Shown here: positions 1 through 10,550 of the stretch, in pieces
How positions within the stretch are numbered: position 1 is the stretch's first letter
Layout of the letters: each line of letters starts with the position of its first letter
Virus record (IMG/VR): IMGVR_UViG_3300042520_000860
Coordinates: 14,299 to 78,298 of that record
Direction: 5' to 3' (one strand)
Length of the DNA stretch: 64,000 bases
Source: a virus
Notes under the pieces: model-generated
The model's input: only the letters and a program-made list of their open reading frames with translations
Database searches by the model: none
Told to the model about the DNA's origin: nothing
Translations under genes and position numbers: made by a program

Positions 1-205
1 GCTGGCAACGAAATCAATCTACGTTATGCCCTTTCGTTTTGCAAACTTTTTCTCGTAAATCTTTAAAATCCCTGTGTTTATGCGCCCTGTAGCTCCTTAA
101 AAATTGCAAACTATTTGCAAAACGTGCAAATTTTCCTCATCTTTTTGCCCTCTTTTCCTTTGTGTGTATTTTTTGAATACACTTTGGCAAATCCTCTTCC
201 TCTTC
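1..205 (-). repeat. ~200-bp dispersed intergenic promoter cassette, copy 1 (cut by window edge)
   Basis: Near-identical to 49128-49333 and 55035-55237. Contains minus-strand TTGCAA(39-44)-N17-TAGATT(16-21) and a GTGTATT/AATACAC hairpin. Confidence 0.95.
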
Positions 206-215
206 GCTAGTCAAC

Positions 216-617
216 TCACGCGCTCAACTCGGCGCGGATGCGACGCACGTCAGCAATCTTCGCTGAGACTGCTTTGGAGATCAAGCGATCATCCTTAGAT
301 GGGCTGCGCTCAATCGCTTGGCGAATCTTTTCGTCCAAGTCACTTGTTGGAGCGGCCTTCGCTTTCGGCGCAGGCTTTTCAGTATCGCCACCAACGCGGT
401 AGCAAACCACGCGCACGGTCATGCGCCGCGCGCTATCCCAGACAGGAAAATCTTTGCGCTCAAAGTCGCCCGACTGCAATCCGGGTTTAAGCAGGTCGGC
501 AACTCGATCAGGATCACACTGCAACTCCACTGCGACTTGCTCGCGTGTCTGCCATCCGGCAGGAATTTGAAAACGATTGGAGTTGATTCGGTTGATTGTT
601 TTTAACCACTTGGACAT
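216..617 (-). CDS. hypothetical protein, possibly HTH-like
   Basis: 133-aa ORF closely following the phosphoesterase gene. Confidence 0.7.
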   Translation of the reverse strand: MSKWLKTINRINSNRFQIPAGWQTREQVAVELQCDPDRVADLLKPGLQSGDFERKDFPVWDSARRMTVRVVCYRVGGDTEKPAPKAKAAPTSDLDEKIRQAIERSPSKDDRLISKAVSAKIADVRRIRAELSA

Positions 618-622
618 AATGT

Positions 623-1627
623 TTATTCTAAAAAGATGGGGAAGGTGCCTGTCCGTCCGTAGCTAGGGTCGAACAGGAAATATGTCTGGGTAGGAGATTC
701 GTAAGGAGCCTTGATCGCAACGCTGTACGCGTTATGACCAATCAGCGAGCCGTTGCAGATCCACTTCGGATTCTGCTGCGACTGGTGCCAGTGGCCGAAG
801 ATGTCGAGGTCGGCGGTGATGCCTTTGTTCCAAGCCGAGATTGCTTTCTCGACGGGAATCGTCAGGCCGCCGATGCCGCCTTGGTACTTTAGGCCATCGC
901 CGTGATGGACGCGGAGCGTTTTGCCATAAAGCTCCATCAAGAGATGGTAGCCGTCGCTCACGTGCCACTCGGCCTTATCGGCAAGCTGCTTGGCCATGAT
1001 ATGATAAAGCATCCACTCGTAGCTATTCGCCGCGCCAGTCGCATGGCGGGGCTTGCGGGTAGTGCGGCCATGGTTGCCATAGACGCAAGGAATGACGATT
1101 TCGGAGAAGTGCTTGCTAAGTAGGTCAAGCCCACCAGCAATTCGATCCTGAAGCCAAAGAACGGTTTCGGTGGGCGACAGCGCGTTCTGCTCCTGAAGCT
1201 CCTCGTGGATGTAGCCAGTCATCAAGTCGCCGCCAAGGATCAGCATCAAGCGGTCAATCTTCGCGCCTTGTCGCTGGATCTCAGTCAACTTGACGATGTT
1301 TGTGAAGAACTTGTTGATTCTTTCCTCCGCGATTTGAAGAGAGAAGGCGTTGAGGCCATTGACGGTTTTCTTATCGACGGTTTCTTCCACGTGCCAATCA
1401 GATGCAACCGCAACGGCGGTCACCTCGTTCTTTTTGGCTGGCGGCAACACGATCTTCGACGCCTTGGGATGATGTGCGGTCAGCGCAAGTGCAGCATCGA
1501 GCTGCGAGTCCTTGTCGTCCAAAATCGCAATCAACCGCTTGCGCTCGTTCTCAAGCTCATCAACGGTCTTGCGGTGACGCTTTTCTGTCACTTCATGAAT
1601 TGCAGTACTCCAGTCTTTGTCGCTCAT
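623..1627 (-). CDS. calcineurin-like metallophosphoesterase
   Basis: SDWH, GGDL, GNHG, HHGD and GHWH motifs in canonical order. Confidence 0.9.
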   Translation of the reverse strand: MSDKDWSTAIHEVTEKRHRKTVDELENERKRLIAILDDKDSQLDAALALTAHHPKASKIVLPPAKKNEVTAVAVASDWHVEETVDKKTVNGLNAFSLQIAEERINKFFTNIVKLTEIQRQGAKIDRLMLILGGDLMTGYIHEELQEQNALSPTETVLWLQDRIAGGLDLLSKHFSEIVIPCVYGNHGRTTRKPRHATGAANSYEWMLYHIMAKQLADKAEWHVSDGYHLLMELYGKTLRVHHGDGLKYQGGIGGLTIPVEKAISAWNKGITADLDIFGHWHQSQQNPKWICNGSLIGHNAYSVAIKAPYESPTQTYFLFDPSYGRTGTFPIFLE

Positions 1628-1638
1628 TTTTTTAGTGG

Positions 1639-2151
1639 TTAGATCATGAAGCGAATCCTTGACCTGATTGCCAAGATGCTTCGCCTTTTGCGGTAGACGC
1701 CATCGCCTTCGCGAGACCCTGCGCTGTTAGTGTTTCCTTCGATGGTTTCGATGACGCCGTCTTTGTCGGGCGAACTCAGCGCAATGCCGATGTGGGAGAA
1801 TTTGAAGATCACCAAGTCGCCTCGCTTGATGTCGCCGTCATGTGGTTTCTTGAGGATTGCGGTTCGATCAACTTTCTTGCACCAGTTTTCAAAGTCCCAT
1901 GCACCGGGTGTTCGCGGTCTTTTGAACGTGGCAGTCTCTTTGATGTCAGCCTCTTCAAGCGCCCTCTTAACTGCCCAACAGACGAATGCGGCGCACCATG
2001 CGTAGCCGTCATCTCCGGGTTTCGATCCGTTCGGGTCATACCAATCGGATTCAAAGAACTCTTTAAGGCCAGCGCCTTTGTTCGGGCCGCCTTGCTCACG
2101 GACGCCAACCTTGCTTAATGCAAAACTTGCAATTTTTTCGGGTAAGATCAT
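1639..2151 (-). CDS. CHAP-domain endolysin/amidase
   Basis: WCAAFV, SHIGI and TIEGNT motifs. Start chosen at the ATGA overlap with the upstream gene. Confidence 0.85.
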   Translation of the reverse strand: MILPEKIASFALSKVGVREQGGPNKGAGLKEFFESDWYDPNGSKPGDDGYAWCAAFVCWAVKRALEEADIKETATFKRPRTPGAWDFENWCKKVDRTAILKKPHDGDIKRGDLVIFKFSHIGIALSSPDKDGVIETIEGNTNSAGSREGDGVYRKRRSILAIRSRIRFMI

Positions 2152-2345
2152 CTGTTTTTCCACATGCAGTTGTCCACACCGCAGCCCTTTGACATGCGCA
2201 CGATGTCGGCTCTCATTGAGTCAATGATTCGGTCTTGCGCCTCAAGCCGAGTACGCATCGTTGTCCACAGCAACGCGGCCAAGGAACCGATGATGCCGCC
2301 AAGTGAAAGGAACACAGTCAAAATCCAGTCAACGGGGATGCTCAT
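2148..2345 (-). CDS. small single-TM protein (holin/lysis accessory candidate)
   Basis: N-terminal hydrophobic helix; overlaps endolysin start. Confidence 0.55.
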   Translation of the reverse strand: MSIPVDWILTVFLSLGGIIGSLAALLWTTMRTRLEAQDRIIDSMRADIVRMSKGCGVDNCMWKNR

Positions 2346-2493
2346 TTGTTCGGGATGACAACAGGCTTCGGATAGATTGACACTTCGCCGCTTTTTGAGG
2401 AAGACAAGTCAACCCAAGGAGTTTTCAGCTCGAAGGGGACGCCAGCGCACCCAACTAAAAGAGAACAAAGCGCAGCGAGAAGGAAGATTTTCA

Positions 2494-2703
2494 TTAGAAC
2501 GAGTTGTTGCGTTTTCCGTCATCGACGAGGTCGCCAATGACCACGGAGATTTCCTTGACCGCAAGTGCGGCAGCGGAGCCGCCGAGGATGTAGACGGCGA
2601 TGTCGGGTGGCATGATTGAGATGAAGCCGCCGAGGTTAAGCGTAGCGACGGCGGATGCCGCAGCGCCGACGGCAGTGAGTGTACGAAGGATGTTTGTTTT
2701 CAT
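2494..2703 (-). CDS. putative holin (two hydrophobic segments)
   Basis: 69 aa, charged C-terminus, lysis region. Confidence 0.5.
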   Translation of the reverse strand: MKTNILRTLTAVGAAASAVATLNLGGFISIMPPDIAVYILGGSAAALAVKEISVVIGDLVDDGKRNNSF

Positions 2704-2808
2704 AAGTCGTTCTTCAGTTATTCACAGCCGCGCCATTCGACGCGGTGATGGGCATGAGGCTGAAGCATTTACGCCGACTAGTCAAGTCGGCAATGCCGGA
2801 CGAACTAC

Positions 2809-3054
2809 TTACCAATTACTAATCGGGCAACTTTCAGTACCTAGCCGAAGTTTTGCCGGAATGATGCAGCCGCATTCCAAGCATCCGCCAAGACCTTTGT
2901 AGCCGTCGGCATCGTAGCGTTTGCAAGGCTTGCAAATTGCCAATCGGCGTTCGTATTCGCTTTCAGACGCCAACGGACAGCCGCCTTTCAACCAACCAAT
3001 CGCGGCCTTCGCGACGGTAGCAGTTTTTTGCGGCAAAGACGGTGACGCGGACAT
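2809..3054 (-). CDS. small Cys-rich protein (DUF6171-like)
   Basis: ERRLAICKPC...CLECGC...K...CP..NW pattern; start taken at MSASP. Confidence 0.65.
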   Translation of the reverse strand: MSASPSLPQKTATVAKAAIGWLKGGCPLASESEYERRLAICKPCKRYDADGYKGLGGCLECGCIIPAKLRLGTESCPISNW

Positions 3055-3065
3055 AAGGAATGCGT

Positions 3066-3671
3066 TTAGATAGGATCGGCGGGCGGAACCACGACCTCGA
3101 AAGAAACACTGCCGCTGGTTGACGGCAAGGGTTTGTTTATGCCTTCGCCAGTAGGCTGGATTGCCGCGCTGAGCCAAAGAACTAAAGGGCAAATCGTGGC
3201 GGGTAAAAGAATAGTCTCAGTGGCGGAAGAGTTCTCAGGGGTAAGCAGCTTAGCCGTCGTATCAACAAAGCTCGTTACCAAGTCCCCTTTCAGCGTACTG
3301 TAAAGGCCAGCGCCAAGTTTGATGTTATCGTTATCAAGCGTAAACGCAGTTGACACTGACAAGGCTATGTTAGCCGAAAAAGGCTCGCTGGCAACGTATG
3401 CAAACATGCCGCGAACTACGGTCTGCCCAAGCGTTGACGAGTCTTGCACGGTGAACACAGGCGCACTCCGAGCATAACCATTCGACGACGTCAAAAGCGG
3501 CGCTTTGGTGTTGAGCGTCTTTGTCCAGAAATAGTTCCACGGCCATACGTCGGAATCATGGTCGGCGCAATTCACAAACAGCTTTCTTTGCGCCCCCACG
3601 GGGGTGATGTAATCGACCTGACAACCAAGCCGAAGAATCGGTGGCGGGCGAAGATCAGCGATAAGGGACAT
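3066..3671 (-). CDS. hypothetical protein, tail module
   Basis: 201-aa beta-rich ORF in contiguous operon. Confidence 0.6.
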   Translation of the reverse strand: MSLIADLRPPPILRLGCQVDYITPVGAQRKLFVNCADHDSDVWPWNYFWTKTLNTKAPLLTSSNGYARSAPVFTVQDSSTLGQTVVRGMFAYVASEPFSANIALSVSTAFTLDNDNIKLGAGLYSTLKGDLVTSFVDTTAKLLTPENSSATETILLPATICPLVLWLSAAIQPTGEGINKPLPSTSGSVSFEVVVPPADPI

Positions 3672-3682
3672 AGCGGTTAATC

Positions 3683-4141
3683 TTATGCTTCCAAGAACAA
3701 AACCTTGCCAGTCTTAGGCTCATTGTTCAAACAAAGAGTGACTTCTACCTCCTCGAATCGTTTCCATTCAAGGATGTCGGGGACGCCTTTAACACCAGTC
3801 AGCACAAAAACGCCGTCGCCCGTAATCGGCGGTAGCTCAAACTTTTCATCTATGGCAGGCCCGCCAGTGGAGCTTGGCCAAGTCACCACAATACCGGGCT
3901 TAACCTTTACCTTGGGATCATCGGGATTTTCAAGTTTAGTCTCATCACCAGCATCCGCCCCATCGGTACTTATCGGGTCGTTTTTGCCTGAAGATAACAA
4001 CCCCGTTACTTTGGAAAGTATCTCGGCTTCACCAGTACTCGCAAGCGTATCTGCATTTTTAAGGATTAGCTCAGTAATGAGCTTCGCTTGCGTCAGCATA
4101 ACGTTAAGCTCACCTGATTGAGTCGTGGTTGTGTCTTCCAT
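3683..4141 (-). CDS. hypothetical protein, tail module
   Basis: 152-aa ORF in contiguous operon. Confidence 0.6.
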   Translation of the reverse strand: MEDTTTTQSGELNVMLTQAKLITELILKNADTLASTGEAEILSKVTGLLSSGKNDPISTDGADAGDETKLENPDDPKVKVKPGIVVTWPSSTGGPAIDEKFELPPITGDGVFVLTGVKGVPDILEWKRFEEVEVTLCLNNEPKTGKVLFLEA

Positions 4142-4146
4142 AGCGG

Positions 4147-7100
4147 TTAGCGGTTCACATCAAGGTCTAGGCCAACGGGGAAGGTCGCGGAGCTGTAGCT
4201 CTTACCGTTTTTCACCCATTCAATTTCACCGACACACGCGAGAGGCGCGGCAATCTTAGGCTGCGAAGTGGCGGTGGTCGTAGCTTGTTGCGAAATGATC
4301 CAGTCCTCCACTATGCTCATTGACTCAGTTGAAGAATCGACGCCCCGAACGGATGCGAGTTCGTAGTACGGGGTGTCCTCTTCAGTGACGACGGTAGGAG
4401 AGTCAACTGATTCAAAGATCAATGGATCGTCCACGTTGTTGATTGCGCGAATCGTCAAACGAATGCGAGTCGGAGCGATGGCAAAAGACTGCTCGTCGCC
4501 GTCGATGAAGAACACTCCGAATCTCAAATCGTCGCCAATCTTAAAGGCGAGCGAATCAACCATCAAACTACTCTGCACTAAACGCGTGCGGGCATTGATT
4601 TGAAGATCAATCAAGTCCCACTTCGCGGCAAGCCACGGGAAGCGTGCGATTGCCTCGCCAGCGCCTTTCTCTTGAACCTTGGCAGCGGTAGTCGGATCGA
4701 CAATGAAGTCAACAATCAGCGGCAAACTAGCAGCGCGGCCAATCGCCGTAGCCGTCACTTGCGTCAGGTAGGTTCCTGCGGTCGTCACGGTTCCAGTGAT
4801 TGTCCCAGTCTCTCTATCAATTTTTAATCCGGGTGGTAGCCCATCGGCAGCCCACTCGGCTGGCGCTGGATCAGACTTGAATGCGATCTTCACTTTATCA
4901 CCAATCAACAGTGGCTTATCGCTGGTGTATGATTTGAGATTCGACGGGGTCACAATCACGGTCGGCATTTCAGACGGATCGAGAAAGTCAGTCGAAAGAA
5001 CCGATAGCGTGTAAGTCACATCGACGAAGCGAGTCGGGGTGTAGTTCTTTTGCGTAGCGCGAAGAACGATGCTGTACGAGCCAGTCGCCGCCACTGAGCC
5101 TACAAGATAAGGAGTCCCAACAGAGTCAGTGATGATCGAAACGCCAGCGGGTGCGCCAGAAACAATCGTCCAAGTAGAGTCTCTGCTCGCTTCGAGTTTT
5201 TGACGGATGTAGCGATTGACGATTGCGCGGATTGATTTCGGGTCGGAATAGAAGTCACGAACGGTAACGGTAAGCGACTGACTCGAAGTGCCTTTTCTAT
5301 TACTGGCGGTGATAGGAATTACCTGAATGCCAGCCGATGTGAAAATGCCCTCAATCATTCCGCTTTCGGTATTCAGATAGAACTCAGGAAGATTGGTCAA
5401 CGTTGCGCCAAACGAGGCCGCGCCGAGCGCAACAATCTGGTACTGGAAAGTTGTCCCAACGTCGGCAAATACTGATAGCTGGCTGGTAATAGACGGTGGT
5501 TGAAGTCCGCGATAGTAGTATTCAAACCCAACTGAAGCCGTCGCATTGTTTGCAGCAGCCGACCAAACTTTTTTACCACTTGACTCAGTGACAACAGTTA
5601 AAGAACCAGCTAGTGAGTAGCGGGCCTCAGCAAAGTACCTTCCTCCATCTTTGAGTCCGTAGACTTGTTGAAGGGTAGTAAATTGCAGACTGCTTTTTGG
5701 AATGCTAGTCATGCTAGCGTCAATCTTTTCAAAAATCTTCCAAGTGCTTGGAGGCGGCGCGGTGCTAGAAATCTGCGGCGTGGTCAATGCGTCAGCGGTG
5801 AAGGTTACTAGCCCAACCGTGGTATCAAATTCACTAGAGACTTGCGCCAAGTCGAATGACGGCAAGTTGATGTTTCCAACGTCGTCATAGGCTAGTTGTC
5901 CAGTGAGCTTTCCAGCCTGAGAGGTAGAAACTCCGTAGCTTCCTAAGCCAGCATTAGACGTTGAGTAGTCCCCTACGACATAAACCTTCAAAGAAAAAGA
6001 TTTTGACTCAAATTCCGTAGACGCATTCCAACTACCGATAAGAATCGAAGTAGTTTTTTGGCTACTCTTTGGAAATGAAGTGGACAAGGTAACCCCCGTT
6101 TCGTTGTCGTATCTATCGACCTTAACAGAGTGATTTTTAGTCTCATTGTTTAACCACTCAATGACCCCGTAATAGCTAACAGTAGTCTTATCAGATGACA
6201 GTACGCGCCTAACACTCGTAGCCCTAACGGATAGAGGCTGGTCCAAGTCTCTAACACTGATACTTATGGTAAAGTCATCACTTACAACGGGGCTTGAGCC
6301 AGTCAACGTTGCTCGGATAGTAGCAGTGTATGAACCAGCAAACCTAAGAACTCCATTTAAGCGTCCGCTTACTATTGTCAACGCTCCAGTAGGTACTTCG
6401 GCGCTTGTACTTACTAGGGTAAAAGTCGCTGGCGATGACGCGCTTAACGCAAGGTCAATAGGCTCGCTAGGGCTTAGTTCGATAGAGGTATCATTACCTA
6501 CAAATGCCGCTGCCGTAAACTTAACTGATCCAGTTGATGTGCCTACCGCATTTGTCGCAAAAACTTGCAGCGTGTAAGTACCAGCGGCAGTCATAGTAGC
6601 CGTGATAGTTCCAGTAGGGTCAATCGTCGCGGTTAAACCAGTGGGGATAGTGCCAAGGCTAAAGCTAGCTGCTCCTGCTGCGGCAGCCGTTACCGTTCCA
6701 CCAGACACGGATTTTACTACATAGGTAAAAGGCTGACCAACTACTGTTCTAATCACAGGGGTTGAGGTAGTCTCAATAGAGGGCAAAGAAAATATCTCAT
6801 ACTTGACATCAGCGTTGCTTTTGAATTTTTGTGAAAGCTGGCTAAATAACCGAACTGTAGAAGTTGAATTTCCAGTTAAGGTCATGTAAAAGTAATAAAG
6901 AGCCAGTGTAGCTTTGCCTTGGATTGCGCTTGATAAGTAATTACCAGCCCATGCTTGGACGTTTTGAAATCTTGTAAGTGAGTGGGAGGGTGTAATTTTT
7001 TCAGGTAAAAGATCAACGGTGGCATCCAAGCCGCTGCCATAAGTTATTTCAGTAGATACGGTGTAAAAACGACCGGGGGTCATAAATGGGCTAACAACGC

Positions 7101-7890
7101 TTTGGTTTATCACCTCAACGTAAGGAGACCTAACCAACCTATTTTCGATAGGACTTGCGGTGTCGAGTAGACGTGCAGTATCTACGACTGAATCAGACTC
7201 TGTAACAAAAGCAGGGTCAATAAACCTAGTACTAATAGAGCCGTTAGCCCCAAGCTGCGGAGTTAAAGGGCCATCCAAAACAACGGAGTCGCCTAAACTG
7301 ATAGTTTTCGTTAAAACTGAGGTTTTAGTTTCTTGAGTATCTGTAACGCGGATCTCAACTGTAACAATCGTTGATTGAGATGAGAACGAGGTATTAGGGT
7401 CTAAGTCACTCAAGTAAAAGGTACACCCTGCAACTTTGGCCCTGTTTAATCTCCCCCCTCCAACATAGGAGGAGCTTGATTCATTTTGAGCGTAGTAAAT
7501 CTGCTGGGATTGCCTTGCAATACCAGTAGCAAAGCATAGCTTATGTGCATAGACTTCGGCTTGTGCAGCCGTAACGTTGTTTTGGTTTAAGGACAACACC
7601 TCATTAGCAAGATTAGTGTAGTACACTTCAGTCAGCACGCGCTTCATTCCAACCTCATAAACGGTGACAGTGGTGTAATGGCTGTCCGTGTTTGGATTTA
7701 CCCAAGAAATGTCTAGCTCATACCTTACGTTATGCTTACCGACTGGTAAAGCGTAGGAAAGTCCAGTATTTAGTAAATTTTGGTCAAAGAACGTTGGAAA
7801 AAACCTACCGTTGCTTTTAGGGAAGTGACCGTCGTCTATTGACCGTGTGATTTTGTCAATCTTTAACCCTGTGACTGCTGTAAGTGCCAT
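4147..7890 (-). CDS. large tail/adhesin protein with putative-Ig (He_PIG-like) repeats
   Basis: Repeats such as GLPPGLKIDRETGTITGTVTTAGTY and IPTGLTATIDPTGTITATMTAAGTY; Ser/Thr-rich. Confidence 0.75.
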   Translation of the reverse strand: MALTAVTGLKIDKITRSIDDGHFPKSNGRFFPTFFDQNLLNTGLSYALPVGKHNVRYELDISWVNPNTDSHYTTVTVYEVGMKRVLTEVYYTNLANEVLSLNQNNVTAAQAEVYAHKLCFATGIARQSQQIYYAQNESSSSYVGGGRLNRAKVAGCTFYLSDLDPNTSFSSQSTIVTVEIRVTDTQETKTSVLTKTISLGDSVVLDGPLTPQLGANGSISTRFIDPAFVTESDSVVDTARLLDTASPIENRLVRSPYVEVINQSVVSPFMTPGRFYTVSTEITYGSGLDATVDLLPEKITPSHSLTRFQNVQAWAGNYLSSAIQGKATLALYYFYMTLTGNSTSTVRLFSQLSQKFKSNADVKYEIFSLPSIETTSTPVIRTVVGQPFTYVVKSVSGGTVTAAAAGAASFSLGTIPTGLTATIDPTGTITATMTAAGTYTLQVFATNAVGTSTGSVKFTAAAFVGNDTSIELSPSEPIDLALSASSPATFTLVSTSAEVPTGALTIVSGRLNGVLRFAGSYTATIRATLTGSSPVVSDDFTISISVRDLDQPLSVRATSVRRVLSSDKTTVSYYGVIEWLNNETKNHSVKVDRYDNETGVTLSTSFPKSSQKTTSILIGSWNASTEFESKSFSLKVYVVGDYSTSNAGLGSYGVSTSQAGKLTGQLAYDDVGNINLPSFDLAQVSSEFDTTVGLVTFTADALTTPQISSTAPPPSTWKIFEKIDASMTSIPKSSLQFTTLQQVYGLKDGGRYFAEARYSLAGSLTVVTESSGKKVWSAAANNATASVGFEYYYRGLQPPSITSQLSVFADVGTTFQYQIVALGAASFGATLTNLPEFYLNTESGMIEGIFTSAGIQVIPITASNRKGTSSQSLTVTVRDFYSDPKSIRAIVNRYIRQKLEASRDSTWTIVSGAPAGVSIITDSVGTPYLVGSVAATGSYSIVLRATQKNYTPTRFVDVTYTLSVLSTDFLDPSEMPTVIVTPSNLKSYTSDKPLLIGDKVKIAFKSDPAPAEWAADGLPPGLKIDRETGTITGTVTTAGTYLTQVTATAIGRAASLPLIVDFIVDPTTAAKVQEKGAGEAIARFPWLAAKWDLIDLQINARTRLVQSSLMVDSLAFKIGDDLRFGVFFIDGDEQSFAIAPTRIRLTIRAINNVDDPLIFESVDSPTVVTEEDTPYYELASVRGVDSSTESMSIVEDWIISQQATTTATSQPKIAAPLACVGEIEWVKNGKSYSSATFPVGLDLDVNR

Positions 7891-7909
7891 GATTTTGTAA
7901 TTCTAAAAG

Positions 7910-10327
7910 TTATGATGCTGAGTAAGGCGTAATTTTTGCGAAGCCGTAAACGTCTGCCGTAGTATCGCCTTCGATCTTCACGTTGAGGCCATTGATAGCC
8001 ACAAGCCCGCGAGGGTCAGTTTCATTGTTGCCAGTATCGAATCTCGCCAGCCTACCGCGAACGATGAAGTTCGGACTAGTAAGCACCGTGGTGGTTGTCT
8101 CGTAGCCGCCATAGAGTTTCTTTTCGACAATGAAGCTGTCTTGAAGGTTCGCGATTGTTCGGGCAATCTTGATTCCGAATGTGTGCGTACTGGCGACTTC
8201 AGTGAGAAGGAAAGAGTAATCAAGCGACGGCGCGAGGAAGGTAACGTCATCAAGGTTGCTCGGATTGCTCGGACTCTTTGTTGGAATGCCGATGTCGATG
8301 ACAATACCCCAGTGAACTGGCGTGCTGGATTTGAAGACTGCGGCAACTATTCCAAGATCCAAAATGAACTGGTTGCCAGTGCGGAGCTGACGGTCATTGA
8401 CTGGTACGCGGAATAGCTCACGGGTAAAGTCAGACGGGTAATAGACGCTCTCGCCGCTATTGACTCGCTCGACTTGGTAGAAGCCACGGCCATCCCATGC
8501 GTAGAAGGCGGGGGCTTTGACTTTCTTCAGCTTGCGCCCAAGATAACCGGGGATACTGAGTTCTTTGGAAGTGTCGGTGTATTGGTAGACCGCCGACAAT
8601 GAAGGCGCGGTCGGAAGCGTGTTTGCAACCGTGACCGCTCCTTGCAGATACTTCGCGGGTAACAAGCCACCGCCGCGAGGAAGCGAGCTTGGAATGATTG
8701 ACGCGACGCCTTGTTCTCCACCTCCGCCAGCTTCAAGCACGGGCTGAGTGCGTAGCGGGAAAATCTCGAAGAAAGAAGGAAGAGTCCACGCGGCGACGCC
8801 TTGTACCTTACTGGACGAGCTGACATTGGCGTTTGGAATGTAAGTTTCCAATGCCTCGACGCGCTCGCCCAAGTCCTCTAACAAAAAGCCCAAGCCATTG
8901 ATCTGCGCAATCGTATGGGTGTGGTTGACGAATGCCGATTTTGGCCCTGCCGTGGTAATAACCACGCGAAATTGATTGTCAGTTGCAAGGTTTGCAAACT
9001 TAACGGAAAGCACGTCGTCACTTTCATGAAAAACATCTTCAGGGTAAATGAGCTTACCTCCGTCTAACTGATCGAAGACCGACACGTGCAGGTCGGTCGT
9101 TCCAAGATTGTGTGAAACTTTGTAGCATCCTTCTTGAGCGTCGTAATCGCTTGAACTAAGCGTCAATGAGTAATGCTGTGATCCGAAAATCACTTGATCG
9201 CGGGTGAACGGAACGTAAGTCTCACCAATCGGCGGGCGAAGCCAGTCAACGTTTGAGGCAGCTTCGAGCCCCTCCCAGTTCAGTTCACGCTCGATGGTAA
9301 TCGGCATCTTGCAAAGCGACATCGTTGTGAGCGTTTCATCCGCTTCCTCAAAGGTGGCTTCGATCTCTAAAAAGGATTTTACATCAGGCGCGGAGCGAAG
9401 AGCCTCGGCAACCTCAATAGTATTAGTGTCAAGCGTCAGGGTAGGATCGCCGACGTCGTTGGAAGTCACAGTAACCTCTATCAACTCTTGCGAAACCCCT
9501 TCCATCGAGCCTTTGAATGTAATGTGGGCAAAGTTGTTTCGCGGGTTTGTCACCTCAAAGTTACCGCCTTCATCAGCAAGTTTTACGATAGCGGCTTTGA
9601 TTTCGTCTGGCCCGTCCTCGATTGAAAGCTCATCGGTTCGTTTGTAGCCACGCTTTAGCACGTAAGTGCCACGGAAGGATGGAAGAACCTTTAGGCTTTG
9701 AATTTCTGGCCACTTGGTGAATGCGTCTTCGCCACCCTCTTGAACTCGCTTCACTTCCGGCATATCTGGAAGAATCGGCACGAAATCCACCGTTGACGCC
9801 AACGGAGACTGAATGAGGCGAATGTCATAGTGGTAGGCATCGTTAAACCTCATTTCCCTTACCCGAACGAAGGATAGTGGTTTCAAAGATTCGACAAGTC
9901 CAGAGACTGAAGTTCCAGCCAATCCTGTGATTCGCTGTCCTTCATTAGAGATGATCCACGAACCATCAGTATTGACAACCGTCACGCCGCCAAGCCCGAT
10001 TTCTGCTAGTGCGCTTTGAACGGCCCGCGAAGTTGCATTGAAAGCGATTGCGGGCGTTTGATTCTCTCCTTCCACATACGGGCCGTTGCCTTTCCGTAGC
10101 ACGAAATGGCCTGATTCGGGTCTTGAATCGTATGCACCGATTGATGCCCTAATAGATACAAGGTTCTTGGTAACTTCAGATGACGATCCGTTGACAGACG
10201 AAAGAAAGCGAAGCCCGATTCTCAGCTTATCGCCTTGTGTAATAGCCGGAAAGGTAAAGCCAGAACCGCCAGACGCTGTTTCGGTAAGCGTTTTTTTGTT
10301 TAAGTCAGCGTAGAGAACCAGTTGCAT
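7910..10327 (-). CDS. tail/baseplate-associated protein
   Basis: 805 aa; HNLGT and HTHTIAQINGL fibre-type motifs; downstream of tape measure. Confidence 0.65.
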   Translation of the reverse strand: MQLVLYADLNKKTLTETASGGSGFTFPAITQGDKLRIGLRFLSSVNGSSSEVTKNLVSIRASIGAYDSRPESGHFVLRKGNGPYVEGENQTPAIAFNATSRAVQSALAEIGLGGVTVVNTDGSWIISNEGQRITGLAGTSVSGLVESLKPLSFVRVREMRFNDAYHYDIRLIQSPLASTVDFVPILPDMPEVKRVQEGGEDAFTKWPEIQSLKVLPSFRGTYVLKRGYKRTDELSIEDGPDEIKAAIVKLADEGGNFEVTNPRNNFAHITFKGSMEGVSQELIEVTVTSNDVGDPTLTLDTNTIEVAEALRSAPDVKSFLEIEATFEEADETLTTMSLCKMPITIERELNWEGLEAASNVDWLRPPIGETYVPFTRDQVIFGSQHYSLTLSSSDYDAQEGCYKVSHNLGTTDLHVSVFDQLDGGKLIYPEDVFHESDDVLSVKFANLATDNQFRVVITTAGPKSAFVNHTHTIAQINGLGFLLEDLGERVEALETYIPNANVSSSSKVQGVAAWTLPSFFEIFPLRTQPVLEAGGGGEQGVASIIPSSLPRGGGLLPAKYLQGAVTVANTLPTAPSLSAVYQYTDTSKELSIPGYLGRKLKKVKAPAFYAWDGRGFYQVERVNSGESVYYPSDFTRELFRVPVNDRQLRTGNQFILDLGIVAAVFKSSTPVHWGIVIDIGIPTKSPSNPSNLDDVTFLAPSLDYSFLLTEVASTHTFGIKIARTIANLQDSFIVEKKLYGGYETTTTVLTSPNFIVRGRLARFDTGNNETDPRGLVAINGLNVKIEGDTTADVYGFAKITPYSAS

Positions 10328-10331
10328 TTGT

Positions 10332-10550
10332 TTAGGAGGATATTCTTTCGGAGCTAACGTTAAGCAGTTGTTGTGGAATCAAAGGGATAATTCTGTAAGG
10401 AAAAGACGGATTGATGATTAGCTCAAAGCGTGGTGAGTATTGCTCAATCTGCTTCTGGTTGTCAAGCCGCGCTCGCTTATTCAAGCCAAGGCCGTCTTTT
10501 TTACCAATATCTAGGGCGTTAGCGCCGAATGAAATAGTGCTATCACTCAT
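10332..10550 (-). CDS. hypothetical protein
   Basis: 72 aa; ATGA overlap with upstream gene. Confidence 0.55.
   Translation of the reverse strand: MSDSTISFGANALDIGKKDGLGLNKRARLDNQKQIEQYSPRFELIINPSFPYRIIPLIPQQLLNVSSERISS

Noticed and set aside
1-205. Repeat as a terminal direct repeat or att site
   Set aside because: Two further copies are internal, and no integrase was recognised in the window.
104-298. MQTICKTCK ORFs at 104 and 55138
   Set aside because: They arise from the repeat with TTG starts, diverge beyond it, and are not preserved in copy 2.
4147-7890. Assigning a Verrucomicrobia/PVC host from putative-Ig repeats and leader style
   Set aside because: Suggestive only; needs spacer matches or homology searches.
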